Part shown: positions 18,315 to 28,843 of the stretch, piece by piece
Numbering within the stretch: the stretch's first letter is position 1
Layout of the letters: the number at the start of each line of letters is the position of its first letter
Assembly: GCA_036676335.1 (NCBI GenBank)
Contig: JAKFDD010000012.1
Location: 278,726 to 342,725, forward strand
Direction: 5' to 3'
Length of the DNA stretch: 64,000 bases
DNA from: Arenimonas sp.
GTDB taxonomy: Bacteria > Pseudomonadota > Gammaproteobacteria > Xanthomonadales > Xanthomonadaceae
Notes under the pieces: generated by a model
Told to the model about the DNA's origin: nothing
The model's database searches: none
The model's input: the letters and a program-made list of their open reading frames with translations, nothing else
Made by a program: the position numbers and the translations under genes

Positions 18315-20033
18315 TCAGGCTTCTTCCGTCACACGCAGCACTTCTTCGATCGTCGTCACGCCTTGCAAGGCTTTCAGCAAACCGTCTTCGTACATCGAGC
18401 GCATGCCGCCAACCCGTGCCGAGTATTCGATGGCACCGGTGCCGGCATGTTGCATGACCAGTTTGCGCAAGCCGTCATTCATCACCAGAAATTCCATGAT
18501 GGTGGTGCGACCCAGATAACCGGTCAGCGTCAAAGGCGATGGTTTCGGGTGATACAGATAAATGGTGCCGTGCGGCTGAAGTTTTCGCAGATTGAATTTT
18601 TCGATCTGTTCTTCCGAAGCTTCGTATCTTTCCGCATGCGTCGGCTCGAGTTTTCGCACCAGACGCTGCGCCAGGATCCCGTTGACGGTCGAAGTCAGCA
18701 AATAATCCTCAACGCCCATGTCCAGCAAGCGGGTAATGCCGCCTGCGGCATTATTGGTATGCAAGGTCGACAACACCATGTGGCCAGTCAGCGCCGATTG
18801 AATGGCGATCTTGCTGGTTTCCAGATCACGCATCTCACCGATCATGATGATGTCCGGATCTTGCCGCATGATGCTTCTCAGGGCATTCGAAAAATCCAGA
18901 CCGATTTGTGGCTTGGCCTGAATTTGATTGATGCCCTCGATTTGATATTCGACCGGATCTTCTACCGTGATGATTTTTACATCCGGCGTATTTAATTGAT
19001 TCAGTGCCGCGTACAGCGTGGTGGTTTTACCAGAGCCAGTCGGACCGGTGACCAATAAAATACCGTGCGGTTGTTCAAGCACTTTGACGAAATCGTCGAG
19101 GAATTCGTCGGTAAAGCCCAATGCCTTGAAATCGAGCACGACGGATTCGCGATCCAGCAAACGCATAACCACCGATTCGCCATGCGCAGTCGGCACACTA
19201 CTCACGCGCAAATCCAATTCCTTACCCTGCACGCGGACCATGATGCGACCGTCTTGCGGCAAACGACGCTCGGCGATATTCAACTTCGCCATGATTTTGA
19301 TACGGGAAATAATCGCGGCAGTCAGATTGGCCGGCGGTGATTCCGCATCGATCAAAACACCATCAACGCGATTCCGGACCTTCAGACGATTTTCATAAGG
19401 CTCGATATGAATATCCGATGCACGCAATTCGACGGCACGCTGGATAATCAGATTCACCAGACGAATGACCGGCGCTTCCGAAGCCAAATCGCGAAGATGT
19501 TCGACATCGTCTTCGTCGCCACTGGTTGAATCGTCGCCGATGTTTTCGACGATGGCACCCATCGCGCTTCGGCCCTGGCCGTAATAGCGTTCGATCAAAT
19601 CGGAAATTTCCGAGCGCAGGCCGACCAATACCTTGACCTGTTTTCCAGTCGCCAGACCGACAGCCTGGGCGGCGTAATCATCTTGCGGATCTGCCACCAA
19701 TAATTCGATGACATCGTCTTTTTCGATAATCGGACAGACGGCCTGCTGTTTCATGAAGCGAACCGTCAGAGACAGATTTTCCGGCGGCGCTTCCGGGCAA
19801 TCTTTCGAGAACACCAAAGGCAGATTGAAGACTTCACTGCTGGCTTCGGCCATATCGCGCTCGGACACCATTCCCAACCGCACCAGCAGCCCTGATAGGG
19901 CGCCACCGGATTCGATCTGCAAACGCAAGGCGCGGCTATGGTCGGCTTCCTTCAAGCGGCCTTTCGCAAGTAACGCCTGGGCAATACGCTCGTCTGCAGA
20001 AGCTTCTGGGTTGTCATTCAAGGCCGCGTTCAC
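18315..20033 (-). CDS. gspE: T2SS ATPase GspE
   Basis: Walker A GPTGSGKTTT and Asp/His boxes. The track start at 20045 is TTG. GTG 20031-20033 has GGAGAG 4 nt upstream and is preferred, but the start is uncertain. Confidence 0.92.
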   Translation of the reverse strand: MNAALNDNPEASADERIAQALLAKGRLKEADHSRALRLQIESGGALSGLLVRLGMVSERDMAEASSEVFNLPLVFSKDCPEAPPENLSLTVRFMKQQAVCPIIEKDDVIELLVADPQDDYAAQAVGLATGKQVKVLVGLRSEISDLIERYYGQGRSAMGAIVENIGDDSTSGDEDDVEHLRDLASEAPVIRLVNLIIQRAVELRASDIHIEPYENRLKVRNRVDGVLIDAESPPANLTAAIISRIKIMAKLNIAERRLPQDGRIMVRVQGKELDLRVSSVPTAHGESVVMRLLDRESVVLDFKALGFTDEFLDDFVKVLEQPHGILLVTGPTGSGKTTTLYAALNQLNTPDVKIITVEDPVEYQIEGINQIQAKPQIGLDFSNALRSIMRQDPDIIMIGEMRDLETSKIAIQSALTGHMVLSTLHTNNAAGGITRLLDMGVEDYLLTSTVNGILAQRLVRKLEPTHAERYEASEEQIEKFNLRKLQPHGTIYLYHPKPSPLTLTGYLGRTTIMEFLVMNDGLRKLVMQHAGTGAIEYSARVGGMRSMYEDGLLKALQGVTTIEEVLRVTEEA

Positions 20034-20160
20034 AAATCTCTCCAAATCGTGAGGCCAAACTTTAGCAGAATTAAGTCCCGCAAGTCGGTTTCACGCCCGA
20101 TATCGAGGCTATGGCAGCCCCGTTCAGGCTTGGTTTGAGGCAAAAATCGCGACAGCGACT

Positions 20161-23100
20161 TTATCCGACCCACACCCTCGCATTGCGGAACATTCGCAGC
20201 CACGGCGAAGCTTCTTGCCAATCGCTCGGATGCCAACTCATTTGAGCCGAGCGATGCACGCGTTCCGGATGCGGCATCAACAAAGTACTGCGACCATCTG
20301 TGCTGGTCAGGCCGGTGATACCTTCGGGAGAACCATTCGGATTCAACGGATATTGCGTTGCGACTGCACCGTTGCCTTCGATGAAGCGAAGGGCAATTTG
20401 TGCTTGCATGATGTGCTCGGGCGCATCGAAAACTGCACGACCTTCACCATGCGAAACCACGATCGGAATTCTCGAGCCTTGCATACCGGCAAAAAATAAT
20501 GACGGTGACGCCTGCACTTCGACCAATGACAATCGCGCTTCGAATTGTTCGGAACGATTCCGCAGGAAACGCGGCCAATGTTCAGCGCCGGGAATCATGG
20601 CTTTTAATTGCGCCAGCATTTGGCAGCCATTGCATACACCTAAACTGAAACTGTCATTGCGGGCGAAAAATTCGGCGAATTGCTGGCGAATCGCCGGGCG
20701 TTCCAGAATCGAAGTTGCCCAGCCACGACCGGCACCGAGTACATCGCCGTAACTGAAACCGCCACAGGCCGCGAAACCTTTAAATTCCTTAAGATTAACG
20801 CGTCCAGAAATCAGATCGGACATATGCACATCGACCGCGGTGAATCCCGCCTTGTCGAATGCTGCCGCCATTTCCATTTGCGAATTCACGCCCTGCTCGC
20901 GCAGGATCGCAACACGAGGACGCACGCCGCGATTGATAAAAGGTGCCGCGATATCGTCATTCGCATCGAAATAAAGCTGTGATTGCAAACCCGGCGCTTC
21001 GAAGTCGCGAGCAATTTCTTTTTCGCTATCGGCGCTTTCCGGATTGTCACGCAAGCGCTGCATCGCGTGCGTCACCTGCCACCAGGCATCGAAAGCTTCC
21101 TGCCACGACCATTCCACCACCGCTTCGCGCTCTTCGCTGACGCGAATGACGGGTTGCGACACCGGCTTGCCGATAATTTGTGCGCAATGGGTCAGATCGA
21201 AGCGATTGACCAAATCGGCAAATGCCGCACGATCTTCGCTGGCGACTTGCACTACGGCGCCCAATTCTTCATTGAACAACACCTTGAACGCATTCTCGCC
21301 CCAGGCATCCAGATGCAGATCCAGTCCGAGATGGCTGGCGAAAGCCATTTCGCAAAGTGCAGCAAAAGCACCACCATCGGAACGATCGTGATAAGCCAGC
21401 AATAACTGGTCTGCACGCGCAGCTTGAATCAAATCAAAAAATGCATTCAGTAAATGGGCTTCATCCAGATCGGGACATGCTCCACCAAAGCTTTCATAGC
21501 ATTGCGCGAGAACACTGCCGCCAAGACGCGACTTGCCCGCGCCCAGGCCAATCAACCACAAATCCGAATCAATATTTTTCTGCAATTGTGGCGTGAGTTG
21601 TGTCCGCACGTCATTCACGCGTGCAAACGCGGTGATGATCAGCGATACCGGCGAAACCGATTTCTGCTCGACACCATCGGCCTGCCACTGTGCCTGCATC
21701 GACAGCGAATCCTTGCCGACCGGGATACTGATATCCAGTTCGGGACACAATTCCAATCCGACGGTTTTGACTGCGTTGAACAACAGTGCATCTTCGCCCG
21801 GGAAAGAAGCCGCGGCCATCCAGTTCGCCGACAGTTTTACTTCCGACAAACTTGCGACCGGAGCTGCCGCGAGATTCGTGATCGCTTCACCCACCGCCAT
21901 GCGTGCGGCAGCAGCGGAATCAATCAAGGCCAACGGCGTACGTTCACCAATCGACATCGCTTCGCCGGCATGTTCGAAAAAATCACTCAGCGTGATCGCA
22001 CAATCGGCGACCGGCATTTGCCACGGCCCGACCATTTGATCTCGCGCTGTCATACCACCGACGCTACGATCACCAATCGTGATCAGAAAGTTTTTTGCTG
22101 CGACAGTCGGATGCGATAACACACGCAAACCGGCTTCATGCAACGAAACTTCGGAGGTGTCCAGTTTCGGCCAGCGTATCGGTGCCGGCTGATGGGTGTC
22201 GCGCAACATTTTCGGTGCATTGCCGAATAAAACCGCCATCGGCATATCAACGGCTTTTTCGCCATTGACCGATTGCAAAGTCAGATGTTCTTGTTCGGTT
22301 GCGATACCGACTACGGCATACGGACAACGTTCGCGTTGGCAAATCGCTTCGAACTCGGCCAAAGCACTGGCAGCAACGCCGAGTACATAACGTTCCTGCG
22401 ATTCGTTGCTCCACAATTGCATTGGTGAAAGCGACGGGTCGTCACTCGGCAATTTATCCAGTTCGATAATGCCGCCGACATCCGAATCGTGCAGCAATTC
22501 CGGAATCGCATTCGACAAACCGCCGGCGCCAACGTCATGCACGCATAGAATCGGATTGTTTTCCCCCATTGCAACGCAGCGATCGATGACTTCCTGGCAA
22601 CGACGTTCCATTTCCGGGTTGTCGCGCTGCACCGACGCAAAGTCCAATGCTTCGGAAGATTGTCCCGATGCGACCGATGAAGCGGCACCGCCACCAAGAC
22701 CGATCAACATTGCAGGACCGCCGAGAACGATCACGTAATCGTTAGGGCGCAATAATAATTTCTTGACCAGGCTCGGTTCGACCGCGCCCAAACCACCGGC
22801 CAACATGATCGGTTTGTCGTATGCACGCACCAAACCCGGTGTTGTTGTCGGCAATTCGAAACTACGGAAATAACCGGTCAAGTTCGGACGGCCGAATTCA
22901 TTATTGAAAGCGGCGCCACCAAGCGGGCCATCCATCATGATTTCAAATGCCGATGCCATGCGTGGATTTAGTGAACGCGGTTTTTCCCAGGGTTGCGGCG
23001 TACCTGGAATACGCAAATGCGAAACCGAAAATCCGGTCAAACCGGCTTTAGGTTTACCGCCACGACCGGTCGCACCTTCATCGCGAATTTCACCGCCGGC

Positions 23101-24015
23101 ACCGGTACTGGCTCCGGGGAAAGGCGAAATAGCAGTCGGATGATTATGGGTTTCCACCTTGATGCAGAACGCACTGTCGTAGGCGGCACTGCGTGCATAT
23201 TCACCGGTATGTGAGTCCGGACGGAAACGCGTCGCGGCAAACCCCTGCACGACTGCCGCATTATCCTTGTAGGCACTCAAGGTCAATTGCGGCGATTGTG
23301 CGTGGGTATTTTTTATCATCTGGAATAGCGAATACGATTGTGCCTCGCCATCAATGACGTAATTGGCATTGAATATCTTGTGACGACAATGCTCGGAATT
23401 CGCCTGTGCGAACATCATCAGTTCAGCATCGGTGGCGTCACGCCCCATATCGGCATAACACTTCTGCAAATATTCGATTTCATCCGGCGACAGGGCCAAG
23501 CCAAGACGTAGATTGGCTTCCGGCAAATGCGGCATTTCAATATGCTGTAACTTGCCGGTCGGCAGATGCGTGAACAATTGCTCGGCTTGTTTGCGCGATT
23601 GCAGCAAGGATTGCGTCATTGGATCGAACAGTGCACGTTGCACTTTGGTGAAACTTTCGTCGGAGGCTTCGGGCAAGCCGCTGATATCCAGTCGCAATCC
23701 GCGTTCGACTCGGATTACCCGATGACCTGCTCCACGTAAAATTTCTGTGGCTTTGCTCGCCCAGGGCGAGAGCGTGCCCAGACGCGGAGTAACGAAAACA
23801 CTTTGCGCGCCATTGCTTAACGGTTCCGTGTCTGGACAGCCTTCGAGAATTCGACCAATGGCGGCGGTATCGAGTGCTTGACCGGGCTCTGGCTCAAGAA
23901 AATAGATATGCCAGGCACCTTGAATGCGGATGCTGGGAGCTAACTGGCGTAAACGTGTTTCGAGACGGTCGCGGCGAAATGGCGACAGAGCGGCTAGGCC
24001 CTCAAGGACGATCAT
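20161..24015 (-). CDS. purL: Phosphoribosylformylglycinamidine synthase, single-chain large form
   Basis: About 1284 aa, with a C-terminal glutamine amidotransferase (GVCNGCQM...SHGEG) and an FGAM synthase core. The track start is TTG at 24021; the first ATG is 24013-24015 ([14 protein letters not shown]). Confidence 0.95.
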   Translation of the reverse strand: MIVLEGLAALSPFRRDRLETRLRQLAPSIRIQGAWHIYFLEPEPGQALDTAAIGRILEGCPDTEPLSNGAQSVFVTPRLGTLSPWASKATEILRGAGHRVIRVERGLRLDISGLPEASDESFTKVQRALFDPMTQSLLQSRKQAEQLFTHLPTGKLQHIEMPHLPEANLRLGLALSPDEIEYLQKCYADMGRDATDAELMMFAQANSEHCRHKIFNANYVIDGEAQSYSLFQMIKNTHAQSPQLTLSAYKDNAAVVQGFAATRFRPDSHTGEYARSAAYDSAFCIKVETHNHPTAISPFPGASTGAGGEIRDEGATGRGGKPKAGLTGFSVSHLRIPGTPQPWEKPRSLNPRMASAFEIMMDGPLGGAAFNNEFGRPNLTGYFRSFELPTTTPGLVRAYDKPIMLAGGLGAVEPSLVKKLLLRPNDYVIVLGGPAMLIGLGGGAASSVASGQSSEALDFASVQRDNPEMERRCQEVIDRCVAMGENNPILCVHDVGAGGLSNAIPELLHDSDVGGIIELDKLPSDDPSLSPMQLWSNESQERYVLGVAASALAEFEAICQRERCPYAVVGIATEQEHLTLQSVNGEKAVDMPMAVLFGNAPKMLRDTHQPAPIRWPKLDTSEVSLHEAGLRVLSHPTVAAKNFLITIGDRSVGGMTARDQMVGPWQMPVADCAITLSDFFEHAGEAMSIGERTPLALIDSAAAARMAVGEAITNLAAAPVASLSEVKLSANWMAAASFPGEDALLFNAVKTVGLELCPELDISIPVGKDSLSMQAQWQADGVEQKSVSPVSLIITAFARVNDVRTQLTPQLQKNIDSDLWLIGLGAGKSRLGGSVLAQCYESFGGACPDLDEAHLLNAFFDLIQAARADQLLLAYHDRSDGGAFAALCEMAFASHLGLDLHLDAWGENAFKVLFNEELGAVVQVASEDRAAFADLVNRFDLTHCAQIIGKPVSQPVIRVSEEREAVVEWSWQEAFDAWWQVTHAMQRLRDNPESADSEKEIARDFEAPGLQSQLYFDANDDIAAPFINRGVRPRVAILREQGVNSQMEMAAAFDKAGFTAVDVHMSDLISGRVNLKEFKGFAACGGFSYGDVLGAGRGWATSILERPAIRQQFAEFFARNDSFSLGVCNGCQMLAQLKAMIPGAEHWPRFLRNRSEQFEARLSLVEVQASPSLFFAGMQGSRIPIVVSHGEGRAVFDAPEHIMQAQIALRFIEGNGAVATQYPLNPNGSPEGITGLTSTDGRSTLLMPHPERVHRSAQMSWHPSDWQEASPWLRMFRNARVWVG

Positions 24016-24086
24016 GTCCAAAAAATCCGTAAATTCGGGGCTGCCATTCTAACAGGCTGGCGATTTTTGGCCCAGCGTCTCGCCCC

Positions 24087-24122
24087 GAAAAAGCCCGTTG
24101 ACTCCTGCGAAGCCAACGGGCT
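24087..24122 (-). terminator. Rho-independent terminator after dsbC
   Basis: On the minus strand: AGCCCGTTG-(loop)-CAACGGGCT followed by TTTTT. Confidence 0.7.
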
Positions 24123-24140
24123 GTGTATCTCAGACGCCAA

Positions 24141-24929
24141 TTACTTGCCGGATTTGGCTAATTTATCCAAAGTCGCCAGCATTTGTACCGGCGCAAGATA
24201 GCCGCCGATATGCGAGCCATCGGCCGCATAAATCGCGGGTGTACCGTCAAAACCCATTTTTTGACCGAGGGCAAAATCGGCAGCGATTGGGTTGGTACAA
24301 GTTTTATTGAGCACCGGACGATCATTTTTTGCATCGGTCAAAGCCTTGCGACGATCTGCCGAGCACCAGACGTTGATGGCTTTATTGGCGGCCTCGGACC
24401 CGATGCCGGCGCGCGGATAAAAAAGGTATTCCACGCTGATACCCAATTTATTGTACTCGGCCACTTGCTGATGCATTTTCCGGCAATAGCCACAATCAAT
24501 ATCCGTGAACACGGTGACGTGATGCTTGGGCTTGGCTGGCGAAAAAATGATACGCCGGTCAGGGCCGATTTTAGCGAGAATTCCACGACGAATAACGGCC
24601 TGGCTGTTTTCGGTCAAACTGGTGCGGGTATTCAAGTCAAACAAGCTACCTTGAATCAGATAGCGGCCATCTAGCGATACATAAAGTACCCGACCACCAA
24701 TGGCGACTTCACGATAACCCGGGATTACCGATGGTTTGATGCTGTCAACCACGGCATTCGGCATGGCTTTGGCCATGGCGGCGCGTATGGCCGAATCATT
24801 TGCGTTGACGCTAGCCTTGGCAACAGGAACTTGCGGCTTTGCGGCTGTCGGCTGAGCCATTGGCTGGGCTGGAACGATAAAGCTGGTGAGCGTGAGAAAC
24901 AAAAATATCGAAATACGAATTACGCGCAT
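24141..24929 (-). CDS. dsbC: Periplasmic thiol:disulfide interchange protein DsbC
   Basis: CGYC active site (DIDCGYCRKMH) and an N-terminal dimerisation domain. Signal peptide starts at ATG 24927-24929 (MRVIRISIFLFL); the track start at 24956 is possible. Confidence 0.85.
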   Translation of the reverse strand: MRVIRISIFLFLTLTSFIVPAQPMAQPTAAKPQVPVAKASVNANDSAIRAAMAKAMPNAVVDSIKPSVIPGYREVAIGGRVLYVSLDGRYLIQGSLFDLNTRTSLTENSQAVIRRGILAKIGPDRRIIFSPAKPKHHVTVFTDIDCGYCRKMHQQVAEYNKLGISVEYLFYPRAGIGSEAANKAINVWCSADRRKALTDAKNDRPVLNKTCTNPIAADFALGQKMGFDGTPAIYAADGSHIGGYLAPVQMLATLDKLAKSGK

Positions 24930-25039
24930 TATGGGTGACCTTATGGAGAGCATCATGCAAGGACCTGCATGGAAACAGGTAGTTCAAATATTTTGACACG
25001 AAACCACGCGAGGATGGCTGCAGGCAGCTGACGAGCGGT

Positions 25040-25963
25040 TCAAGCGCGAGGATGATGGGCTTGATGGAGGCGTTTCAGGCCTTCCTTGGCAACCAAAGTA
25101 TAGATCTGCGTGGTCGAAAGCGAGCTGTGCCCGAGCAGCATCTGCAGGGCTCGCAAGTCTGCGCCATGGTTAAGCAAATGGGTGGCAAAGCTGTGGCGTA
25201 GTCCATGCGGACTGACTTTGGACGAATCGATGCCCGCAAGAACCGCCATTTTTTTGATCAGGCTCCAGAACTGTTGTCGAGTCATCGGCTCAGCGCGTAC
25301 GTTCAGGAATAAATGCGCAAGATTTTTTTTCTGGGCGAAAACCGGCCTTGCCTGTTGCAGATAACGTTCAAGCCAATGCTGCGCTTCTTCGCCAAGTGGC
25401 ACCAGGCGCTCCTTGCTTCCCTTCCCCATCACGCGCAGCACGCCCTGTCGAAGATTGATTGCAGTACTGGGCAAATTCACCAATTCACTGACCCGCAAGC
25501 CGGTGGCATACATCAATTCGATCATGGCGCGGTCACGCAAACCGGCATCGGTATTGATGTCGGGGCCATTCAACAAGGCTTCGATTTCGCTTTCCGACAA
25601 TGCTTTCGGCAAACCTTTGCGAAGCTTGGGCAGCTCGAGCAAGGCAGTCGGGTCTTCCTTGATCGTGCCGAAGCGCAATTGCTGTGCATAGAACGAACGC
25701 AGCGCCGACAACAATCGCGCATTACTTCGAGCCGCGTAATTCTGGCCGCTGCGTTCAGACAGGTAATCGAATAAGTCCTGTCGTTTCACGCCGAGTAAAT
25801 GACCGGATCGTCCCTGCAACCAACGCGATAAACCTTCCAGATCGTGACGGTAACTTTCCTGCGTCGGGCGCGCCAAACCGTTTTCTGCCCAGCTGCGTTC
25901 CAGAAATTGCTGGATGATGACCGCCTCCGTTTCGGCAACGGGTGGCATCGATTGAGCCAGCAT
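25040..25963 (-). CDS. xerD: Site-specific tyrosine recombinase XerD
   Basis: Catalytic R...HxLRH...Y pattern (HGLRHSFATHLL, LLGHSSLSTTQIYTLV). Classic dsbC-xerD synteny. The track start is GTG at 25999; ATG 25961-25963 is chosen. Confidence 0.85.
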   Translation of the reverse strand: MLAQSMPPVAETEAVIIQQFLERSWAENGLARPTQESYRHDLEGLSRWLQGRSGHLLGVKRQDLFDYLSERSGQNYAARSNARLLSALRSFYAQQLRFGTIKEDPTALLELPKLRKGLPKALSESEIEALLNGPDINTDAGLRDRAMIELMYATGLRVSELVNLPSTAINLRQGVLRVMGKGSKERLVPLGEEAQHWLERYLQQARPVFAQKKNLAHLFLNVRAEPMTRQQFWSLIKKMAVLAGIDSSKVSPHGLRHSFATHLLNHGADLRALQMLLGHSSLSTTQIYTLVAKEGLKRLHQAHHPRA

Positions 25964-26128
25964 GCGACGGTCGGTAATAGATGCGGATTTTGTTTTCACG
26001 CTTAATAGTAATCATTTTTTTCATCAAAAAATGCATAGCGTTACTCGCCTCGTCGCCGCTCGGCGAAAACGATCCGGAAACTGTCCGGCCCAAGGGCCCT
26101 CCTACAAAACAACAAAGCTCGTTATGCT

Positions 26129-26623
26129 ATGTCGATGACAACGAACACAACTGCAGCCGAACGCGCCTCGGCATATCCCGCACATCTTGGCTGGCGATTG
26201 CTGGCTATCACTTACGATGCATTGCCGTTAATCGCGATACTTTTTTTTACCAGCATTGTCTTGCTGGCTATCCATGGCGGCAAACCGGCAACTCCCGGAA
26301 CGATCTGGGCGTTTTTTACGATATTTATTTATTGGAGCATTGTTGGTTGCTACGCGGTGATTTCATGGCGCCGCGGCGGACAAACCATGGGCATGCGGCC
26401 CTGGCGGCTATTGGTGGTAACCCGGGATGGCAATAATGCCAGCCTGAAAGCTTTATGTTTGCGTTACGCAATTGCTTCGCTTACAGGCGGACTGGTTTTA
26501 TTGTGGTGCCTGTTTGATGCACAAAAACGCGGCTTGCACGACTTGGCAAGCGGCACTTTGATCGTGCGAAAACAAGCTATCGCAAGCGCCGAAACAGGAA
26601 AAAACTCAAACCCACCAACGTAA
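26129..26623 (+). CDS. RDD family membrane protein
   Basis: R..D...D pattern with 3 TM segments (WRLLAITYDALPLIAI...GLHDLASGT). Its 3' end overlaps the lptG 3' end by 47 nt, convergently. Confidence 0.75.
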   Translation: MSMTTNTTAAERASAYPAHLGWRLLAITYDALPLIAILFFTSIVLLAIHGGKPATPGTIWAFFTIFIYWSIVGCYAVISWRRGGQTMGMRPWRLLVVTRDGNNASLKALCLRYAIASLTGGLVLLWCLFDAQKRGLHDLASGTLIVRKQAIASAETGKNSNPPT

Positions 26624-27671
26624 GCGGCGGCAATGCCAGCGCAATGCGCACATCGAAGCGATAGACATTCGCCAAATCGACAAACAAGCGTTGCAGCAAT
26701 AAAAAACTGATGCCGATCACGATGCCGAAAAAAAGTCGCTTGCCAAAACCGCCGGATCTCAATGAAGAGAACGCGAACGGTAAAGTGGCCAGACAAAGTG
26801 CGAGTACGTTAATCGGATAAAACCAGCGTTCCCAGTAAGTGCTGATGAATTTTTCCGCGTCCAGTTTGTTGCGCTGCAAATAATTGATGTTGGTCAGCAA
26901 TTCCTTGCTGCTCAAATAGCGGCCGCGAACCAGTGCCGATTCCAGTGCCCGCTTGTCCAGATCGCTTGGCCAGAACCATTGTGCTTGCTGGCTGACAGCA
27001 ACTTCGGCCGATTTGAAATCGGTACGTTCTACCGTCAACATTTGCCAACCTTTATCCTGGCGTGTCGCCGTTTTCGCGGTAATCAAACTGGTCAATTTTC
27101 CGTCGTCGTTAATTTCAAACAGACGTACATCCTGCAGCTCGATCGTAAGTTTGTCGCCGATCAACTTTTCGCCGCCACTGCGTGCATTCATGAACATCTT
27201 GCCATCGCGCGCCCACATGCCGGAATAGCGCGCCATGATGACCTTGTTCGATTTACCTTCGTTGGCAATACTTTGGCTGTGTTGTTCGCTGGCGGGTGCA
27301 ATGCTTTCCATGTTGATCATCATCAATACGGTCAGCAGACCCAATGCAATCAACGCCCCCAGACCAATGCGCAAACGCGAAACACCGGATGCCCGCATCG
27401 CGGTAAGCTCGGAGCGCGCCGCCAAACCACCGAGCCCGAGCAAGCTGCCTATCACGGCAACATAGGGGAACATCACATACAGGCGCCGGGGAATTGTGAA
27501 GAAAATATACAGTGCGGCATGACTCAGGCTGTAACTGCCTTTGCCAACGTTTTCCAGTTCCTGGGCAAAAGCCGCAATGACATCGAAGCCGACCAGTACT
27601 GCCCACACTGCCAGCGTTGATATCAGAACATGTCGCGCCAGGTAACGATCAATCAAACCAAAGGCGATCAT
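26577..27671 (-). CDS. lptG: LPS export ABC transporter permease LptG
   Basis: YjgP/YjgQ permease architecture; ATGA overlap with the lptF stop. Confidence 0.9.
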   Translation of the reverse strand: MIAFGLIDRYLARHVLISTLAVWAVLVGFDVIAAFAQELENVGKGSYSLSHAALYIFFTIPRRLYVMFPYVAVIGSLLGLGGLAARSELTAMRASGVSRLRIGLGALIALGLLTVLMMINMESIAPASEQHSQSIANEGKSNKVIMARYSGMWARDGKMFMNARSGGEKLIGDKLTIELQDVRLFEINDDGKLTSLITAKTATRQDKGWQMLTVERTDFKSAEVAVSQQAQWFWPSDLDKRALESALVRGRYLSSKELLTNINYLQRNKLDAEKFISTYWERWFYPINVLALCLATLPFAFSSLRSGGFGKRLFFGIVIGISFLLLQRLFVDLANVYRFDVRIALALPPLTLVGLSFFLFRRLR

Positions 27672-28750
27672 GCAGTTGGCCTTTTTTCTTGTGCCGGTAG
27701 CCTGCCATCACGCAAAAACAACCACAACGCCAGCATCAGCATAGGCAGATGCAGCCACCACAATCCCAGCCAGTTAGGAACCGTGCCCGTTCCGATTTTG
27801 TCGGCGCCAATCAACAACATGTTCATTCCGATCAGATAACTCATGAAAGCCAGAATCAGCCGCCCGTAGCGTGCTTGGCGCGGTTCGCTCCGTGCCAATG
27901 GCAGTGCGATAATGGCGAGGATCAAGGCGAATATCGGCATCGCGATGCGCCAATGCAATTCCGATTGTGCCAATGGATTTTTGTCCTTCAACAGCGACCA
28001 GGTGCTGCGGATTTTTACCGAACTGTCGATTTCCTGCTCGCGATCCGGCACGCGAATTTCGTTTTGCTCGAAATGCATCATTCGATAATCTTTCGTGTCA
28101 TGGCCACCTTCAACCCGGTAACCATCCTGCAATCGCAATATCCGCTGGGAATCGCCTTCCAGCACCAAATCGCCCGCCCTGGCCGTAATCACATCGAAAC
28201 GACCATCGCGCTCGCTCAAACCAAACATTTTTCCAAACTGCGTGCCATCGCTGGCCAGTTCACCGACATACAAAATGCCGGCGCGTCCGGGTAATTCGAC
28301 GAAGCGCCCCGCTTCAAGCCCGGCAATCAGGAAGGACCGATTGGCGGTATCAATCATTTCCTTGGCCTTGTTCGAAGCCCATGGCCCCCACCAAAGTGAG
28401 CAGCAGGCAATAAAAATCAGAACCGGCCATAACAAACGCGAAATCGGCCGCCACAATTTCCTGGGGCCAAGCCCGACCGAAAACAGTACCGCCATTTCAC
28501 TATCGGCATACAAACGGCCAATCGAAAGCAGCAAACCTAAAAAGAGCGCCAACGGTAATACCAACGGCAGCCAACGTAGTGTCCGCAGACCCAATTGCGA
28601 CAACAGCAAGGCGGCAGGCACCCGGCCTCGCGCGATTTCCCCAACCAGGTCGGTAAATAACGCTCCCATGCTGACCAGCAACAGAATCACTGCTACCGCA
28701 GTAAAGGTCGAAGCAAATTCACGCCAGAGGTATCGTTCGATTAAGGGCAT
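27668..28750 (-). CDS. lptF: LPS export ABC transporter permease LptF
   Basis: YjgP/YjgQ family (MPLIERYLWREF...). Divergent from pepA, as in many gammaproteobacteria. Confidence 0.9.
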   Translation of the reverse strand: MPLIERYLWREFASTFTAVAVILLLVSMGALFTDLVGEIARGRVPAALLLSQLGLRTLRWLPLVLPLALFLGLLLSIGRLYADSEMAVLFSVGLGPRKLWRPISRLLWPVLIFIACCSLWWGPWASNKAKEMIDTANRSFLIAGLEAGRFVELPGRAGILYVGELASDGTQFGKMFGLSERDGRFDVITARAGDLVLEGDSQRILRLQDGYRVEGGHDTKDYRMMHFEQNEIRVPDREQEIDSSVKIRSTWSLLKDKNPLAQSELHWRIAMPIFALILAIIALPLARSEPRQARYGRLILAFMSYLIGMNMLLIGADKIGTGTVPNWLGLWWLHLPMLMLALWLFLRDGRLPAQEKRPTA

Positions 28751-28843
28751 TCAGGAGACACTTTAGTTTAAACTTGAGGGCTGGCAAGTGGGTCTAAAAG
28801 GACCCAGCTACATAATTCCCCTCTATTGTACGGAAAAACCTTC

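Noticed and set aside
20046-20160. A terminator or promoter signal between purL and gspE that would define the start of the T2SS operon.
   Set aside because: There is no convincing hairpin with a T-run and no -35/-10 pair that I could defend by eye. Read-through from purL cannot be excluded or claimed without transcript data.
25040-25999. A tyrosine recombinase as a marker of an integrated mobile element or genomic island.
   Set aside because: The sequence and the dsbC-xerD neighbourhood fit housekeeping XerD. There is no flanking tRNA, direct repeat, phage gene or IS gene.
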